From contig JAYQLI010000035.1 of assembly GCA_038143065.1 (NCBI GenBank), forward strand, positions 800,001 through 864,000: a stretch of 64,000 nucleotides of DNA, read 5' to 3'. This document shows positions 1-12,506 of the stretch, piece after piece (positions within the stretch are counted from its first letter, which is position 1; each line of letters begins with the position of its first letter). The notes beneath the pieces were generated by a model that worked only from the letters and a program-made list of their open reading frames with translations, was not told the DNA's origin and searched no databases. The translations under genes and the position numbers were made by a program. The stretch is from Rhodospirillales bacterium. GTDB lineage: Bacteria; Pseudomonadota; Alphaproteobacteria; Bin95.

Positions 1-888
1 ATCAGATGCAGCATTTTTTTCATCAACAAAAATGGAATATTGTATTTTAATGCAAGCTGCAGAATCAAAGGGTCACAGTCTATTTGCCTAGCTGGATACA
101 CAATCGCCGATGCCAAAGAAATAATGCTATGAACTTGCTCCTGCTGCAGCCATCCCAGATATGTTTCTCTAATGGAGCTTTCCCAGAAGCTCCAACATAC
201 TTTATGATACTTATCGGTAATTAATTTTTAAATCTGTCATGCCCTTTATCTTTAGATGATGACTACGGCAAAACTGAAAGGAGTTTTTTTAACTCTAAGT
301 GCATTATAGATGAATGGTTTGCCCTCCCCCAAACATAAAGATTTGCAATACTAGTGGATGTACAGCCAAGATGACGCTCAATTAATTTCAGTGATTTAAT
401 GGGAGAGAGTTCGAATTTTAATTCTCGGAACCGGCAAACAATCCTCATACATAACGTAAATATCGCGTGGATGTATTTCTTCAAGGATAACCGCAGTCTC
501 CCTTAAGCAATTAAATGATGCGCCTTTAAGTTCACATATGCTTTGCTGAACAAAGTTAAATCTGGCTTTTGAAGGACATATAGTAAAGATAATCGTGTAC
601 ATAACAAACACAAATCTTTAGGACATATAAATGATAAAAATAAAACTATAGGAAAAAAACGAAAACGTATGAACTATAAATTTTCTGCGCGAAAATAAAA
701 TATTTAAATATTCGTATATTATTATAGATAATACTCAATATTAACCTAAACGCATTTTCTCCAATCACTGAAACAGTGGACACAGAGTGCCCAAAACCAA
801 TAAGGACATTTACTTCTTCTTTAGCGACGTGTGTAGCACCGCCATTATCACCGCTAGATAATCAAAAATGACACAAATTTTTGTTCAT
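1..888 (-). CDS. Glycosyltransferase family 4 (frameshifted, runs off left edge of window)
   Basis: Minus strand from ATG at ~888 reads ...SSGDNGGATHVAKEEVNVLIGFGHSVSTV, a typical GT4 N-terminal GGA...GH-x-V segment. Downstream fragments only; many indels. Confidence 0.55.
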
Positions 889-915
889 GTTTTTTTCGAT
901 AATGCGTTATAGATT

Positions 916-2042
916 TTATTCAAGCGCAGTCTTGACAAATCTACCACTTTGATGAAGCAGGTCGATTCCTATTTTGTTTTCGATTACTTCTTCAATGAAT
1001 ACTCTGTGGGGCTCAATATGCAAATACTGGCACAGCGCGCTGAGCTTACCTCCTCCTGGGGTATAATCCACTCCGACTGTTTTTTTGTCTAAAAGCAACC
1101 CAAGATAAATCCGTGATATCTAGCAGCAATTACAATCTCAGAAGACTTTATATTTTGGATGACATTATACATTGATTATCATAAACTGTCGATGCCAAGT
1201 GTGCTGCAAATTTCCTTTTACTGCTTTACTATCAGGCTTCCAATCTAATTCGTGTAGAGAAGAAAGTTAGTTTATAGCGGGATTTTCGGACGCTAAAAAC
1301 CTCGAGACACCTAAAAAAATGTATTGTTATATTGAACTAAGCTTTATAGCCTCCCGGAACATAAGAACGTGGCAAGAATCGCATGTTAACTGCAATACTT
1401 TTATGAATATGATCTGCACACACCCATTTCTGCAGTTCTCTCGCATAGAAAACTTGCATAGAGCTATTTTATATTGTTTTTGACTTTGCTTGAATCCAAA
1501 TTAAAAGTCGGCCGTAAAACGATGAAATCTTGCAGAGTGAGCAAAAACATTTACAAAAAGTGGCAAATCTTAATTTTCACCGGCCCTATTCCACCCCAGA
1601 TTATTCGCTACAAACTCACTCACCCTGGCCATCAAATTCTAAAAAAACCAAAACAGCATTCTCGGATCGTCCATTAGTGGTCCACCACCAAAAATAAGCT
1701 TATCTCCCTTTTTAAAAACAAGAGTTGTTGTTCTGATACTACTTCAACATATTTTTCTATTAAAATAGCATCAGCCTCAAAGGCTAATGCTATTAATTCC
1801 TGCAATGTAGCTTTTGTGTAACTCTCGGATTAAATGGAACAAATTAAAATAGGTCGACTTTTTGCGAATTAGCTTTTTAAGAATACCAAGTAATATTAAC
1901 TTATCGCCTAAAGTCTCTGTTCCATACCAGCCATAAATTAAAATACAGTTATTTTTCTTTACTCTCGATAACGACCAACAGCACCACTAAACTTGCTACA
2001 AAGTATAATCAGCTACTTAAACTTGTTTATATTCGCAAGCAT
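916..2042 (-). CDS. Polysaccharide pyruvyl transferase family protein (WcaK/CsaB-like), frameshifted
   Basis: Joined fragments: IYGWYGTETLGDKLI (~1900-1945), GDKLIFGGGPLMDDP (~1665-1710), SEIVIAARYHGFILG followed by VGVDY...GKL (ORF 916..1098). These are the three hallmark segments of the family. Confidence 0.75.
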
Positions 2043-3149
2043 GCAAAACTTACGATCTAACAAAAGCTTAAATACGCAAATAGTAGAAAAAAATACAAAA
2101 TTATATGTTTTAATTTAGATCCAGGCACAAATATAAAATAAACGCTAAGCATGGCATAAACAATCTTAAATTTCCAACATAGACAATTTATTTTTATTAT
2201 AAAAGCGTCCTTATGGGTATTCATGAAACACAAATGGCGTAGTAAAAGAGGTACCTGAAAACCAATACAACAAACGAATCAATTTCTGGCTGCAGCAGCA
2301 AAAATACAATCAGATGTTCAAATAGTAAACACACTCCAAGTCCACGAGCAACCAGAAAAAAACTAAGGACAGCGCTTAGCACTCGCTAAGGTAGAACACT
2401 TCCATTTTGGTTTGTAAACTTAACATGAAATGGATGGTGAGCTCACATTTAAAAGTGACGATATAAAACATATTTAAACTATTAAGGCGAGAAACAGCCC
2501 CTCACTATTACTTAAGCTTAAAATAGACTTATCAATTATATACCATAATTGTAATCATTCCTCCTTACTAAAATGTACACCAGATAATATGGATTACACG
2601 TTTATTATTTGAAAACTACGTTTCTTTTATAAAACAGCTTTATTTACTCTTTGTAGAGTATAAATAGATAATAAGGAAGATAATGAATAATACAATTACA
2701 ACAATAAAGCGTTTCAGGCTAATAAAGCTACCGCCACCACTAGTCCGACAGCTCTTTCAGAAGATCTAAAATGAAGAAGTTAAGGCATTAACACAACACA
2801 GACATTGCTTGGTGACGTATTTCCACAAAGGCCCAAAGAGGTATTGTTGCGAATTGCAAAAGGTTCAGGTTGAGAAAAAAAAAGCTATCAATAAACAGCG
2901 CTTTATTAACATCGCTGAAACACACCAAAAATGAAAAATATAACAATCATAGTAAAAGACACCTGGGGAGCTTTTGGTGATGGCTCCAATTAAATGGGTA
3001 TTTAAAAGTCGCGAAACAAGGTCAACTGTTAACTCAACACCAAATAGTGTATATACTGTGGAAAAGATCATTTGGATTTGATTTTACAATAAAGTCATGA
3101 CTAAACCAATTAATAAAGTTAATACAATAATTAATTGAAAAAACTTCAT
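2040..3149 (-). CDS. Polytopic membrane protein, probable Wzy polymerase/O-antigen ligase-like, frameshifted
   Basis: ATG at 3149 (MKFFQLIIVLTLLIGLVMTLL...). Very hydrophobic, AT-rich fragments throughout, located between glycosyltransferase genes. No diagnostic motif. Confidence 0.4.
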
Positions 3150-4204
3150 ATTTTTTGCTTTATTTTTTTATTTGTTGTACAAAATCAGCAGGATCAACTT
3201 CAGAGACATGAGACATGTGATCGTGAAACTTAATTTATTAATCGTTTTACTTCTAACTGTGACGGCTTAGACGACATCTTTTCATTACCATGAATCATCA
3301 AGAAACCGTTACCAATCTTTTTGCATAGAAATGAGCAAACACAAATGTCGCGATTAGGATCAACCATTGTACCGTCGTTTTTCTTTTACACAAATTGAAC
3401 AGGTTGCTTTCAGTTTGGATATAGTCGAGCATCATGCGATAATATGCTGCCCCTTAAATCCATAGTTTGTTAACTTTCTCTCAAGGAGTTGTCGAACTTC
3501 TGAAAGACGGAATTTAGATGAATGAGCCCCATTTGACTTGAGCTAGTTCTTTATTAAAGTCCTATCACCTCAACGTGGTGATAGTTATCGGCAGTTACGT
3601 TTTATTGCGTACTCATTTTAATATTTGTTTTATAAAGGCTGTTTAGGCTTGGTAATAGTGCAGGCTAAATCAACTATGGTTCCAACATCAGCGATATTGC
3701 CTGTGGCAATCAAGCGTCCTTTCTACTTTTCGAAAAACACCGGGTACACCCGTGTGTGGTTATGTACATCACCAACGCCGTCAAGCGACTTACGGTGATG
3801 CGCAACCCAAACTGTTGTAGGTTTCGAGGCAATAATCTCAGGCATTAACCTGATAATCCGCTCAGAATTAAATCCATTAGTAGTGATGCCTATAACCGTC
3901 AATTAGGCAAAACATTGAGCTGCAGTCTTTATAACGCCTGGAAGGTCTTGCCTCAGAAAAGGTTCTCCACCGGTTATTCCAAAATTCTTAATTTCTGAGA
4001 GAAAAGTATTCCTTAGAGCCTTTTCTAACTCCTGAATACTGAAGTCATCGCTGTGATACCTCCATATATCACACATTTCACATCGTGAATTGCATCGATT
4101 GGATACAGAGAGGTTCATAAACGACGGTTTTCGGACATCAAACCAACTCCATGTACTAAAAGGTCGGTGCCATATTTACGAATGTTTTTCAGATTTATTT
4201 TCAT
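3150..4204 (-). CDS. Radical SAM protein, probably with C-terminal SPASM/twitch-type cysteines, frameshifted
   Basis: CNSRCEMC (CX3CX2C) and ITGGEPFLR in ORF 3903..4118. Later fragments GITTNG, SLDGVGDVHN and a Cys-containing TMVDP..DICVC segment (~3340-3375). Confidence 0.8.
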
Positions 4205-5247
4205 ATTTCTTGATATAGCCTTACTAATTTTTACATGATTAATTGGATCAAACATATTATTTAGTAATGACTGATCTATATTTGTACTACAGCAATTAAA
4301 TTCCTTAACCTTGGCTATGAACTCGGCGCCAGTTGAAAAAACGGCTAAATTGCTTGTTACGGTTTCAAGATCGCTCACTCCAGAAACATTAGTTGAAAAG
4401 ACTATCTTATTCCTCGAAAGGGCTTCAACCATTACCGTCGATAAACCTTCATAGCTAGATGGGATTATCAATGCGTCTATTTCTTCATCAAGTATTTCGA
4501 CATCGGAGACAAAACCTCTTAGCTCAATATTATTCCTGAAATGTCAGGAATCTCCCACATCGGGAACACTGATGCATCAAAGCCAAATAACAGGATTTTT
4601 ATCCCATGCCGCCCCAAAGAGACCGCCAGATCCTGTAAAAACCTTATCTGATTCTTTTGTTTAGAAAGTCTTCCAACTATTCCGAAATACGCCAAACGTT
4701 GGCTTGGTTTCGAGGGTAATTTGAGAGTTTTTCAGTCTGATTGGATTGTAAATCAATGAACATTTATTTGGGCCATTCAGCTGCTTAGTTCGTTTGAAAT
4801 CACGACTACATGATTATAAGAGAGAAATAGTAATTAGGCGCTCGACGAGAAACCCATATTTAAGTGAGAAAATAACGTTCATTGTGAACTGTTCGTATAA
4901 ACTTTGTGGATTTTCTTTTAATTCTAAATCTTAAAAATACTGTCAAGATGTCAGGTACTTCACCATGAGTATGTATTATGTCTGGTGTGAATTTTTTCGA
5001 TTTCATCAACTAAATATTTAAATTGTTCTGATATTTTCTTGAAATTCTTAATTCTCAGTCTTGGAAAATCGCAATATCTAACCCTATTTTCCAGCGCATA
5101 TTGCTTCTCAAGAAATGGATCAGCATTGCCTCGTGCTGCTATTAACCTCGTATCTACGTGTTGCCTTACCAAACCACTCGCTGCGTTCAGGGCCACAAGT
5201 TCAGAACCACCTAACTTTAACTCGTTGGTAAAAACTAAAACCCTCAT
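4201..5247 (-). CDS. Glycosyltransferase family 4, frameshifted
   Basis: N-terminal MRVLVFTNELKLGGSE; C-terminal PSSYEGLSTVMVEALS (EX7E motif). Confidence 0.8.
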
Positions 5248-6387
5248 TTATCAACAAATTTTTCTAGGAATGCTTTGAACTGGTCGGAAAGTGGGTCTAC
5301 ATCATGACACCGTAAGTAGTAAGCTCTTGCATTTCCCCTCATCCTAGTACGCAATTCTTGGTTGCTAAAAACCCTTTCCATTGCTGCCACGAGTTCAGAT
5401 ACAGATGATGGTTGGACTACTAGCCCAGATCTTGACGCATTAGCAATTAATGGAACTCCAGACTTTTTTAGATTAGTAGTAATTACTGGTGTCCCACATG
5501 CATATGCTTCGATTTGAGATAAACCATACATTTCTTGGTTTAGTGGTTGAAGGCACTGAGCACAGATGCTAGCTCCAGCAATTTTTTGAAGCCTTTCATA
5601 AATTGAAGAGAGAGCTCTCAAAAATATAACTGTGATTCGTCGATTCCAAACTTTTTTGTTAAGTGCAAAATAGTTCTTATAGTTCACCCCAGACCCAATA
5701 ATGATAAGCTCAACATTTTGGATGTTTCTTACCAGAAACTCAGCCAAGAGGCAGAAATGGCTTACTTCAAAGCCTTTATATCCAACAAAACAGCCCGTAC
5801 ACACGAAGTAGGGCTTTACATCCTCGTTCATAGATCCTTCAGAATACCTTAGTATTTCAGATGACTGGGCTTTAAGTTCTGATGTGGCGAATAAATCTAT
5901 GAGGCAAAAACTCTTACTTTGCAAAAAACTTGGTACTGTTTCGATATGAGCGACCGTTGGCACGAGAATACAATCGAATCTTGAATAAAATATTCTCGTG
6001 AAAATATTATAAAAATGGTTTGAATTAATCCCTTATGAGATGTACTGGTGCATGCCAATATAGGCAGAACTTTTGATCGCTTTTTAAGCAGCGATAAAAT
6101 CAATGGGAATGGATTAGGAACATGAATAATTATGCATCTATATTTAGAAATATTTTTACTCACTGATTTTAATAAACTAAAGCTAAATGGAATATTGCGG
6201 ATTAATCGGTATTTAAATTTATAAACAGATAACCTAGGTTCATTTTCTTCTAGGTTGCTATGGACTACTGTGTCTAAGTGCCAGTCCTTAATATTATCAA
6301 AAACTTCAATATTACCAAGCGTTGCTGTTTCAATGCCCCCCCAATCAGGAGGAAAATATTTCCCAATTTGCAACAGGTTTTATTCAC
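5244..6387 (-). CDS. Glycosyltransferase family 4, frameshifted
   Basis: QIGKYFPPDWGGIE at the N-terminus; EMYGLSQIEAYACGTPVITT (EX7E) near the C-terminus. Confidence 0.85.
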
Positions 6388-7269
6388 TATTTATCCCTCG
6401 TGTCGAAATTACCTGACACGAATGGAATACTATACAATTTATTAAATTTTTCACCGTTAAATTGTACAACCTTACGATAATCAGAAGTCTCCCTTTTTCA
6501 ACACTATCTTTTACCGATGGCAAAAAGTTAAAATTCATTACGCTATCCACATGAACTCGTTCCCCAGAAAAAACATAGAGAACAAGTTTATTATTTTCCG
6601 AAGGTATATTTGACAAAAAGTCTGTTTTGTCTTTTGCTCAGTCTTAAGTGATTGCACAATTTGCGCCCCACAGAAGAAGCGTGGGGAAACCGATTGTCAA
6701 AAATTACAAACTCACCCATTTCCGTCTTTATTTCAGGAAGTAAAAAATCGGGCAAAATCTTTTTTGCGATTTTTTAAAAATGTATTCTGCAACTGTAAAA
6801 CCAAAAGGTAATCGAACTAAGGAACGCGTCAGCTTAAATAACAGGGTTTCCGCAGATCCCACCGCAAACCCGCATTGAAAGTATCTTGAAAATAAAACCC
6901 GATGTTTGTCCACGAAGGTGTTTTATTTTTAAACGCTATACTGCGGGATGTAAGTTCGTTAGCTCCGTCGATGTGTAATCCAAACGACGTTTGAAGCCCT
7001 TTTTTGCGTAAATGAGTTAAATTGAGTTTGCAAATTTGGGTAAAATACTGGATGGATATACAGGCATGTTAAAGGCCTCTTTCAATTTTTCATCGTTTAA
7101 AATGCGCTGAATGTCAGGATCTGCTACCAGATCAGAAACTTGACGTACCCTTTGATTTTTTACTCTTCTCACAGAGCTTTGCTTTTATTTGTAAAACTTC
7201 TTCTACCGATAATAATGATCTAATTTTAACGTAACCGTCTCTATAAAGAAGCTTTTGATAGTAATTCAA
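6380..7269 (-). CDS. PhyH-like (phytanoyl-CoA dioxygenase family) Fe(II)/2-oxoglutarate dioxygenase, frameshifted
   Basis: Manual translation: LYRDGYVKIRSLLSVEEV (PhyH N-terminus), GLHIDG (HxD, ~6965-6985), NIGFYFQD, GEFVIFDNRFPHAS (distal His, ~6675-6720, one frameshift), C-terminal NKLVLY. Confidence 0.6.
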
Positions 7270-7279
7270 ATTTAATACC

Positions 7280-8166
7280 TCAGAGTATTCCTAAAAAACG
7301 TTTTCTCGGAAATTGTTTGCAATTAGGTCCAGGTCTTGCCAGCGTAAGTTGGATGACTTTTTGGGCTTTGCAAACCATAGATTTCCATAAATTTGATTCC
7401 TTTGATCAATTAAATGATCTTCATTTACTCTCACGGCATGTAGGGTATCAGAGCTTGGTTTGAATATTGATATACTATTGTTGAGTGTTAGTTTTTTTTA
7501 CGGTATTAGCCCATTCCCAAGGGAACCCAGCACGGATCAACATCGTTATATTCCCAAAATTTTCGATAAATTGGTATTGCGGCTTAAATTCACAGAAATG
7601 TGTATGCATGCTCATGTTCGTGACATCATGAGTATTGGTGTAAATGTTAACCATCATCTGTTAAAACCACGAGACGTGTCTGGGTGGGGAGATATTTCAT
7701 AGCCTTTTAGAATTTTTTTGTATACCACCCTCATAAGTTTATTGATTCAGTTATTAAAAACTTCTCAAGCTAATGCATCTAACCATCTACTACCCTCGAA
7801 AAATGCCATTAAATCAATCAGAAATGGGTCCTCTATTTTTTTCAAGCGATATGTTATTCCATTCAATCGTAATATCTCTTCCATACCCTTCAATCTTGAG
7901 CGTTTATATTTCCCACCAGAGAAAAACTTAAATATTCCGTTTCATCAGTGATGGAACCAGGAAATGGAATAGCCTCATACCCACACTTACGTAAAGTTTT
8001 CAGCAAATTCTCGTTCGTATCCTGTTGATTTAATTTAATATGTTTCTTTTCTGAATAGAATTAAAATGTTCAATAGAAAGAAATTCTCAATAACCACATG
8101 ATTAAATGGTTTTGGGTCTATTTTTGCTTTCGAAATTTTATTCCAAAGGTAGTCAAACTGTTCCAT
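7280..8166 (-). CDS. 2OG-Fe(II) oxygenase superfamily protein, frameshifted
   Basis: ATG at 8166: MEQFDYLWNKISKAKIDPKPFNHVVIENFF (PF-x-H-x-VI-x-NF). Then GYEISPHPD (HxD, ~7680-7705) and SISIFKPSSDTLHAV...DQRNQIYGNLWF (distal His and 2OG-binding Arg). Confidence 0.65.
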
Positions 8167-8181
8167 TACATAGTCCCTATT

Positions 8182-9629
8182 TTAACTTCTTTTATATTGA
8201 TCTTGATATCGTATAATATCGTCTTCGCCAAAATATGTACCAATCTGTACTTCTATCAAAACCATTGGAAGTGCATCGGCGTTCCTCCATCCGATGTATT
8301 GCACCTAATGGTACGTAAACTGACTACCCCGTTTCAACTAACTTTACGCGTTCGTCGACGGTCACCTTTGCTACGCCCTCAACAACAATCCAATGTTCCG
8401 AACGAAACTTATGGCTCTGCAGGCTGAGGGCTGCGCCCGGATTCACAAAGATTCGTTTTACCTGAAACCCATCAGACAGGACTAAGCTCTCGAACCAACT
8501 GAGGGCGATGTTCTTTTGAAATATTTTCTTTCGCTTGCAAAGTACCTTTTGCCTTGAGCAGCTCCACCACTTTTTTAACATCTTGGGCACGAATCTGTAT
8601 TACGCAACAAAAGAGGACTGCATCAGCTTGCATAAGTGATCGCCATGATATTGTCCAACCCCTAGACCAACGACTTGTTGGGATTAACTCGGATCGAAGC
8701 AAACTATTGGTGCATTCGATGGCGTGTGCATTTCGTTAGTCACATTGCCTAATTGATCTGGATTACTTTCTGTCCATACGGCATCCCAACCACCAAGATC
8801 AGACCACTTTGAGGCGTAAGGCACAGAAACTAAGTTCTGCACCTTCTCATAATGGCATAATCGATACTGATATCCTCAAGCTTGGACCAAGGATCTGGGG
8901 CAAGGCGCAAAAAACCCAAGTCTGAAGAGACATGATCCAATGCACGCGATACAAGATTTAAAGTTTCTGGCGCGTGGGTACCAAAGAGCTTCAATCATAT
9001 CCTGCGGACAGTTAGAAATATCCCTGAGTTCCAAAGATAGGAACCATCTTCGAGCATCTGATTGGCATCCTGCAGATTAGGCTTTCTACAAAAGCTTTAA
9101 AGGTCAGAAGTGCCGTATTTATCTATGGGGTCTTTAGATAGCTCTAAATAACCATACCCCGTCCTCTGGATGCGTAGGCTTAATTCCAAATGTGACTATT
9201 TTTTGGTTCTGGAGCGTATGATAAGCCTGTTTTTATTGCCTTATGGAACTCATCTCTGTTCGGAATCAAATGATCTGAAGGGGCGACTAACAATATGGCC
9301 CCTTCATCTTTTGAATGTGCAAATATGCTAGCGGCTAAAATCGCGGGTGCAGTATTCTTTGCCTCAGGCTCGATAAGGATCGTTCCAGGATCAATCCCCG
9401 GCCAGCATCTGCTCGCCGACAATGAAACGGAAGTTTGAATTGGTGAGAGTGATATGCGGGGCAAACTCAATAACCCCTGAGGAACTTAGGCGCATGGCAG
9501 ACTGCCAACTGAAACAATGAATGTTTCCCCATTAGCTCCGCAAACTGTTTAGGATATGACTTGCGCGACAGCGGCCACAACCCTACTTCCTGATCCACCA
9601 GCTAACAGGACAGGATAAATTTTTGGCAT
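8182..9629 (-). CDS. manC: Mannose-1-phosphate guanylyltransferase/mannose-6-phosphate isomerase, frameshifted
   Basis: [40 protein letters not shown]; cupin segment LSLQSHKFRSEHWIVVEG; ends GEDDIIRYQDQYKRS*. Confidence 0.93.
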
Positions 9630-9897
9630 TCTAAGACCCCATGCGCTTTTTATATCTGCTACTAGATGCACTCATGAAACCATTAAACTACCCGCAATCA
9701 AAACTGTTTTTAGAAATCTTGAACTATTTGAACCAACACTCGACTATTCAAAAAATAAGATACTACAAGCGCCATCACGAAAACATGCAATTTTCGATTA
9801 ATGATAAATTCCTGTACTAAACCTCTCGTCATCCTAAGTTCGTGTTTCGACAAAAGCTCAAACAACGCATAGCCATAACGCTCCATTATCAGCAAAT

Positions 9898-11271
9898 CTA
9901 AACCTGCTCCCCACCAATCAACTGCACAATCGTCATAATGTAAAAATCGAGCGTGTTCACTTTACCCTTACATTCAATATTCAAGCGCACCAACGGTTCC
10001 GTATTCGAGTGTCGCAAATTAAACCTCAATCCTCAAATACTAAACTCACGCCGTCAGTCCTATCGTGAAAGGGCATCCGCGCTGTAGGCAATTAAAACGT
10101 TCTCAATCGCTTTAGTAGCATCAGCAACTTTAAAATTCATTTCACCCGAGCTTGGGAAGGCGACGAATCGATCTTTCATCAAATTACCCAGTGAGCGTCC
10201 CGAGCGACACACAAACTCGGCCATTAGCAACCACGGAATCATGCCACTATCGCAATAAGGCAAAATCCTGGAAATAATGGTGAGCAGACATCTCGCCGCC
10301 GTAAACAGCATCATGCGAGCGCATTGTTTGCTTTATAAAGGCATGGCCCGTTTTGGATTGCACTGCAATACCACCTTTATGTGCAACAATATCTCGAATA
10401 TTTCAAATCACTCTTGGATCATGAACGATCTTTGCTCTGGTCTTTTCTCCAGAAACATAGATGCTAAAGAGGCCCATGACATATTCTCCTGGTACAAATT
10501 GTCCAGATTCGTCAAAAGAAAAAGCAGCGATCGAAGTCACCATCAAATGCCACGCCAAAGTCTGCTTCATTAGCCCTAACTACTTCAGAAGTTGCAGAAT
10601 GGTTTTTCGGGTAGAAGTGGGTTGGGATCCCATTTGGGAATGTCGCATCAGGTATATGATGCACCCGGATTAATTCAATTGCGCAAGCGTCCTCAATCTC
10701 TCTGCAATTGCATCAAAAGTTGGACCCGCCGCTCCGTTCCCAGAATTAACTACGAGCCTCAAGGGTCCGCCATGTTCTAGTATCCACGAATGAAAGAACC
10801 CTATCCACATAGGCCTTTCGCGCTTTCTCTGAACAGTTAAACTCTTTACCAGCCTCACCAACCACCATCCATTCTTGAGAACTTGCTAGTGCCTTGATCA
10901 CTTGAAAATCACCCGCGTCATCCAGAGGACGCGACTGAGACTTTACTATTTTCATGCCATTATAATTTGACGGATTGTGAGATGCAGTAACTTCAATACC
11001 TGCACAAGCGCCAAACTCAGTCACGGCCCAATACATCTCCTCGGTACCCGCCATGCCAATATTTAAAACATCTGCGCCCGCATCCATAACGCCACGCGCC
11101 GCCGCCTCCGCAAAGGCTGGACTTGTCTCACGCGCATCAAAACCAATAACAACAGACCCCGCTCTTAAATGTTGAGCCACTGCTCGACCAATTCGGTAGG
11201 AAATGCCCTCATCGATACTCACCAATTTCACCCCGGATGTCGTACATCTTGAAGCAGGTTAAGTCACTCAC
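9898..11271 (-). CDS. manB: Phosphomannomutase/phosphoglucomutase, frameshifted
   Basis: GTG start [10 protein letters not shown]; VTASHNP active-site loop; [11 protein letters not shown]; C-terminal [16 protein letters not shown]. Confidence 0.92.
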
Positions 11272-11645
11272 CCCTGATGCTCTCTGGTGCTGGTGTCGCC
11301 TTAACGGCAAGCATTATGGCTTTCTCAAGTGCTTTAATTTCAGCCGTTTGCACCTCGAACTCTTCACACTTACGTTCGATTAACATGTGCGCGGGGCGTA
11401 ACCTGTTTCGAAACTCTCCTGGGATCAAGAGGTTACCATGTTGCTCTTTTCGTGGATATTTGTCTGTATTTTCAGACTTCACAAAGCCTTTTTCGACAAA
11501 GTCAGTGAGCCCATAACTGGTTGCACTAATTGCCCCCGCCCTCGTCATAAGCCAACTGGCGCGCGGACATCTTTGATTTCTGAGAGATTAAGCTCATAAC
11601 TTTCAAATAGGCCTCCGCATGCTGTTCTTTGTACTAAATAGCTAA
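11264..11645 (-). pseudogene. Degenerate MarR-family EPS-associated transcriptional regulator
   Basis: KEQHAEAYLKVMSLISQKSKMSARQLAYDEG, frameshift, then SYGLTDFVEKGFVK...LLIP...LIERKCEEFEVQTAEIKALE. Matches the MarR_EPS pattern but is substituted at many positions and has no clean start. Confidence 0.65.
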
Positions 11646-11869
11646 AATATCAATTTAGAAAAGCGACCGCACCAGACTTCCAATAACGAGAAGACAAAGG
11701 CAAGGAACGTACCGATAAACGGAAGGATTATTAAGGGACGTGGGATAATCAACATTTGTCTGACATCAATAACAAAATAGAAATACACACGAAATATTTA
11801 GTTAATGGAATCATATGCAAGCAAGTAAACGGCATGTACTATCATTGACCTATTCCATGGATAACAGAA

Positions 11870-12331
11870 GTGATACACTGATACTCGATACAGTTTAAGA
11901 ACAGTAGCTATCCTTTGACAGAACGCAACTTGCATAGGCAAGGATGCCTATACAGCGTATCACCCGCAGGACGGCTCTCACTTTGTGACTGACCTTTAAC
12001 CCCTATTTCCCAAACAAATATTGGTAATCTTGAAATCTGACTTGGCTGCATAGCGCTTCCTCGAAGTACGATCGGGGTATGAAACCCTGTAAGCTTTGAG
12101 GGCAAACTAAAGCCGCTGTCACTTCAACTTATTCCTGGTTTGATTCTTCGATACGATGTACCTGATACACTAACACTACCCAAAAGTCTGAGCGAGGGCA
12201 GTAATATGAAAATGCCTGCCGGACCTTTTGCGAACTTCATAGCAACAGCAGGCACTGCAAATGATCAAGTAATTAATTTGGGTAATGATGAAGTTCATAG
12301 AACAGACTACGCACATAAAAGTCATAGCTAA
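11870..12331 (+). pseudogene. rfaH: RfaH/NusG-family antiterminator pseudogene
   Basis: GTG at 11870: IH*YSIQFKNSSYPLTERNLHRQG ... FVTDL*PLFP ... AA*R ... STIGV*NPVSFEGKLKPL ... GPFANFIAT (NGN plus KOW). Four in-frame stops and deletions. Confidence 0.75.
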
Positions 12332-12506
12332 GCGACTAAAACATACTTATCGGCTTACCTTCTAAGGCTCAGCGTTTGCTATTTGTTAAGAACGCTTCGG
12401 CCGTCCAGACGCATTACTTACATTGGTGTCTTGAGATTATATGAGGGGCGCGCAAGCGATCGAACAAACAACAAATGCATAGGGTTGCGAACGACAAGCC
12501 AAACCG

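Noticed and set aside
9685-9710. ops/JUMPStart-like GCGGGTAG on the minus strand upstream of manC
   Set aside because: Does not match GGCGGTAG, and the flanking JUMPStart stem is absent.
11870-12100. Stop-codon reassignment (TGA or TAG read as Trp) suggested by the rfaH remnant
   Set aside because: TGA, TAG and TAA all terminate intact genes in this window and Trp is encoded by TGG elsewhere. The stops are confined to one decayed gene.
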